Shown here piece after piece: positions 1 to 734 of a stretch of 734 bases of DNA (the first letter of the stretch is position 1; every line of letters starts with the position of its first letter). The position numbers and the translations under genes were made by a program. The stretch is from Escherichia coli (GTDB lineage Bacteria; Pseudomonadota; Gammaproteobacteria; Enterobacterales; Enterobacteriaceae), in NCBI RefSeq assembly GCF_003334405.1, contig NZ_QOWM01000054.1; one strand, 5' to 3'. Under the pieces are notes generated by a model. The model searched no databases, was not told the DNA's origin, and was given only the letters and a program-made list of their open reading frames with translations.

Positions 1-734
1 CTCTCCCGCACCTACAGCAGTTACCGGACAAAAACGCCCGCGCCGGTGGGGAGCCTCGGCCCCGGCTGGAAAATGCCTGCGGATATCCGCTTACAGCTGC
101 GCGATAACACACTGATACTCAGTGATAACGGCGGCAGAAGCCTGTATTTTGAGCACCTGTTTCCCGGTGAGGACGGTTACAGCCGCAGCGAGTCACTGTG
201 GCTGGTGCGCGGCGGCGTGGCGAAACTGGATGAAGGTCACCGGCTGGCCGCACTCTGGCAGGCGCTGCCGGAAGAACTCCGCTTAAGTCCGCATCGTTAT
301 CTGGCGACAAACAGTCCGCAGGGGCCGTGGTGGCTGCTCGGTTGGTGTGAGCGGGTGCCGGAAGCGGATGAGGTGCTGCCTGCGCCGCTGCCGCCGTACC
401 GGGTACTGACCGGGCTGGTGGACCGCTTCGGGCGCACACAGACGTTCCACCGCGAAGCCGCCGGTGAATTCAGCGGCGAAATCACCGGCGTGACGGATGG
501 TGCCTGGCGTCACTTCCGGCTGGTACTGACCACGCAGGCGCAGCGGGCAGAAGAAGCCCGGCAGCAGGCCATTTCCGGCGGGACGGAACCGTCCGCTTTT
601 CCTGATACCCTGCCGGGTTACACCGAATATGGCCGGGACAACGGCATCCGTCTGTCTGCCGTGTGGCTGACGCACGACCCGGAATACCCGGAGAATTTAC
701 CTGCCGCGCCGCTGGTGCGCTATGGCTGGACGCC
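1..734 (+). CDS. Partial CDS (both ends outside the window, or start at ATG 73-75), hypothetical protein of unknown function; Trp/Arg/Pro-rich, probably two regions separated by a linker
   Basis: Seen in sequence: frame 1 is open for all 244 codons (my manual translation found no in-frame TAA/TAG/TGA), while + frame 2 stops at TGA 113-115 and + frame 3 at TAA 105-107. Third-position GC is about 74% against about 62% overall. Codon choice is strongly biased (CTG, CCG, GCG, CGC, GGC), with single rare ATA (115-117) and AGA (136-138). Translation from 73: MPADIRLQLRDNTLILSDNGGRSLYFEHLFPGEDGYSRSESLWLVRGGVAKLDEGHRLAALWQALPEELRLSPHRYLATNSPQGPWWLLGWCERVPEADEVLPAPLPPYRVLTGLVDRFGRTQTFHREAAGEFSGEITGVTDGAWRHFRLVLTTQAQRAEEARQQAISGGTEPSAFPDTLPGYTEYGRDNGIRLSAVWLTHDPEYPENLPAAPLVRYGWT... 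Upstream codons 1-72 (LSRTYSSYRTKTPAPVGSLGPGWK) also have high GC3 in the same frame, so the ORF probably continues upstream. No family assignment is possible without a database search. Confidence 0.8.
414..421 (+). other. Chi octamer (5'-GCTGGTGG-3'), a candidate RecBCD recombination hotspot
   Basis: Seen in sequence: exact GCTGGTGG at 414-421 on the + strand, within codons GGG-CTG-GTG-GAC. The reverse complement CCACCAGC does not occur in the window. Established knowledge: this octamer is the Chi sequence recognised by E. coli-type RecBCD approaching from the 3' side. Function here depends on the host having that Chi specificity, which is plausible given the enterobacterial-like codon usage but unproven. 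Confidence 0.4.
459..490. repeat. Perfect 8-bp inverted repeat (CGCCGGTG ... CACCGGCG) with a 16-nt spacer, a potential intragenic stem-loop
   Basis: Seen in sequence: 459-466 CGCCGGTG and 483-490 CACCGGCG are exact reverse complements; the spacer 467-482 (AATTCAGCGGCGAAAT) contains an EcoRI site GAATTC at 466-471. No U/T-run follows, so it is not an intrinsic terminator. One such 8-bp repeat could arise by chance in GC-rich DNA of this length. Confidence 0.25.

Noticed and set aside
36-66. GC-rich stretch (CGCCCGCGCCGGTGGGGAGCCTCGGCCCCGGC) that looks superficially like a terminator or a Shine-Dalgarno region ahead of ATG 73
   Set aside because: Only a 5-bp stem (GCCGG 42-46 with CCGGC 62-66) can be drawn, with mismatches on extension, and no T-run follows. 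The GGGGAG at 48-53 is too far from the ATG to be a good Shine-Dalgarno. The region has high GC3 in frame 1 and is better explained as coding sequence.
208-228. P-loop-like peptide RGGVAKL (codons 208-228)
   Set aside because: It does not fit the Walker A consensus GxxxxGK[ST]: the spacing is wrong and there is no Ser/Thr after the Lys. No Walker B-like hydrophobic stretch ending in Asp/Glu is evident downstream.
322-360. G-P-W-W-L-L-G-W-C-E motif superficially resembling the G-[FYW]-H-[IL]-[IL] signature region of parvulin-type peptidyl-prolyl isomerases (for example the NifM C-terminal region, recalled from memory)
   Set aside because: The His of the parvulin signature is replaced by Trp, and the flanking residues I remember as conserved do not align convincingly. 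The resemblance rests on a few hydrophobic and aromatic residues and on my recollection rather than a search. Only a profile search (HHpred, Pfam) could support it.
119-439. 106-aa - strand ORF from the supplied track (MCARSGPPARSVPGTAAAAQAAPHPLPAPAHTNRAATTAPADCLSPDNDADLSGVLPAAPARVRPAGDLHPVSPRRRAPATVTRCGCNRPHRETGAQNTGFCRRYH)
   Set aside because: It lies wholly within the + strand gene and overlaps the other antisense ORFs. Its Ala/Pro/Arg-rich, low-complexity composition is typical of out-of-frame reading of GC-rich coding DNA, with no independent support.
297-485. 62-aa - strand ORF from the supplied track (MISPLNSPAASRWNVCVRPKRSTSPVSTRYGGSGAGSTSSASGTRSHQPSSHHGPCGLFVAR)
   Set aside because: It is short, nested within the other two antisense ORFs and within the + strand gene, with Ser/Gly/Pro-rich low-complexity composition. 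It is most likely a spurious ORF.
402-531. 10-bp direct repeat GGTACTGACC at 402-411 and 522-531 (and the similar CTGGTGCGC at 201-209 and 712-720)
   Set aside because: Both copies lie in the same reading frame and encode the common dipeptides Val-Leu-Thr (or Leu-Val-Arg) with the preferred codons. This is expected from codon bias and is not evidence of a repeat element, duplication or binding-site pair.
283-675. 130-aa - strand ORF from the supplied track (MRQPHGRQTDAVVPAIFGVTRQ...)
   Set aside because: It is exactly antisense and in register with the + strand frame 1 codons. With G/C-ending sense codons, antisense stops arise only from the rare sense codons TTA, CTA and TCA, so long antisense frames stay open by default; its stop is the antisense of the sense TTA at 283-285. 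It would also begin with GTG (antisense of CAC 673-675) and has no upstream ribosome-binding site. The product is low-complexity and Arg/Pro-rich, and the + frame has the stronger coding signal.

Overview
This 734-bp window (about 62-63% GC) appears to lie entirely inside one protein-coding gene on the + strand, in frame 1 (codons 1-3, 4-6, ...). That frame has no stop codon across all 244 codons, uses mostly G/C-ending codons (about 74% GC3) and has an enterobacterial-style codon preference (CTG, CCG, GCG, CGC, GGC dominant; TTA, ATA, AGA rare). The other two + frames are closed early (TGA 113-115, TAA 105-107). The supplied ORF track lists only three overlapping - strand ORFs; I interpret all three as antisense shadows of the + strand gene. 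I cannot place the encoded protein in a known family from memory. It is Trp/Arg/Leu/Pro-rich, has a single Cys, and shows no P-loop, HExxH or other canonical catalytic signature. A Gln/Ala/Arg/Glu-rich then Pro/Ser/Thr/Gly-rich segment (532-618) looks like an inter-domain linker. I see no rRNA, tRNA, CRISPR repeats, IS ends, or convincing promoter or terminator. Small-scale features are one exact Chi octamer (GCTGGTGG, 414-421, + strand), an 8-bp perfect inverted repeat (459-466 / 483-490), and a lower-GC patch with rare codons just after an in-frame ATG at 73-75. A gene fragment of unknown function is all this window supports; whether it belongs to a novel system can only be judged from flanking sequence and homology or structure searches.
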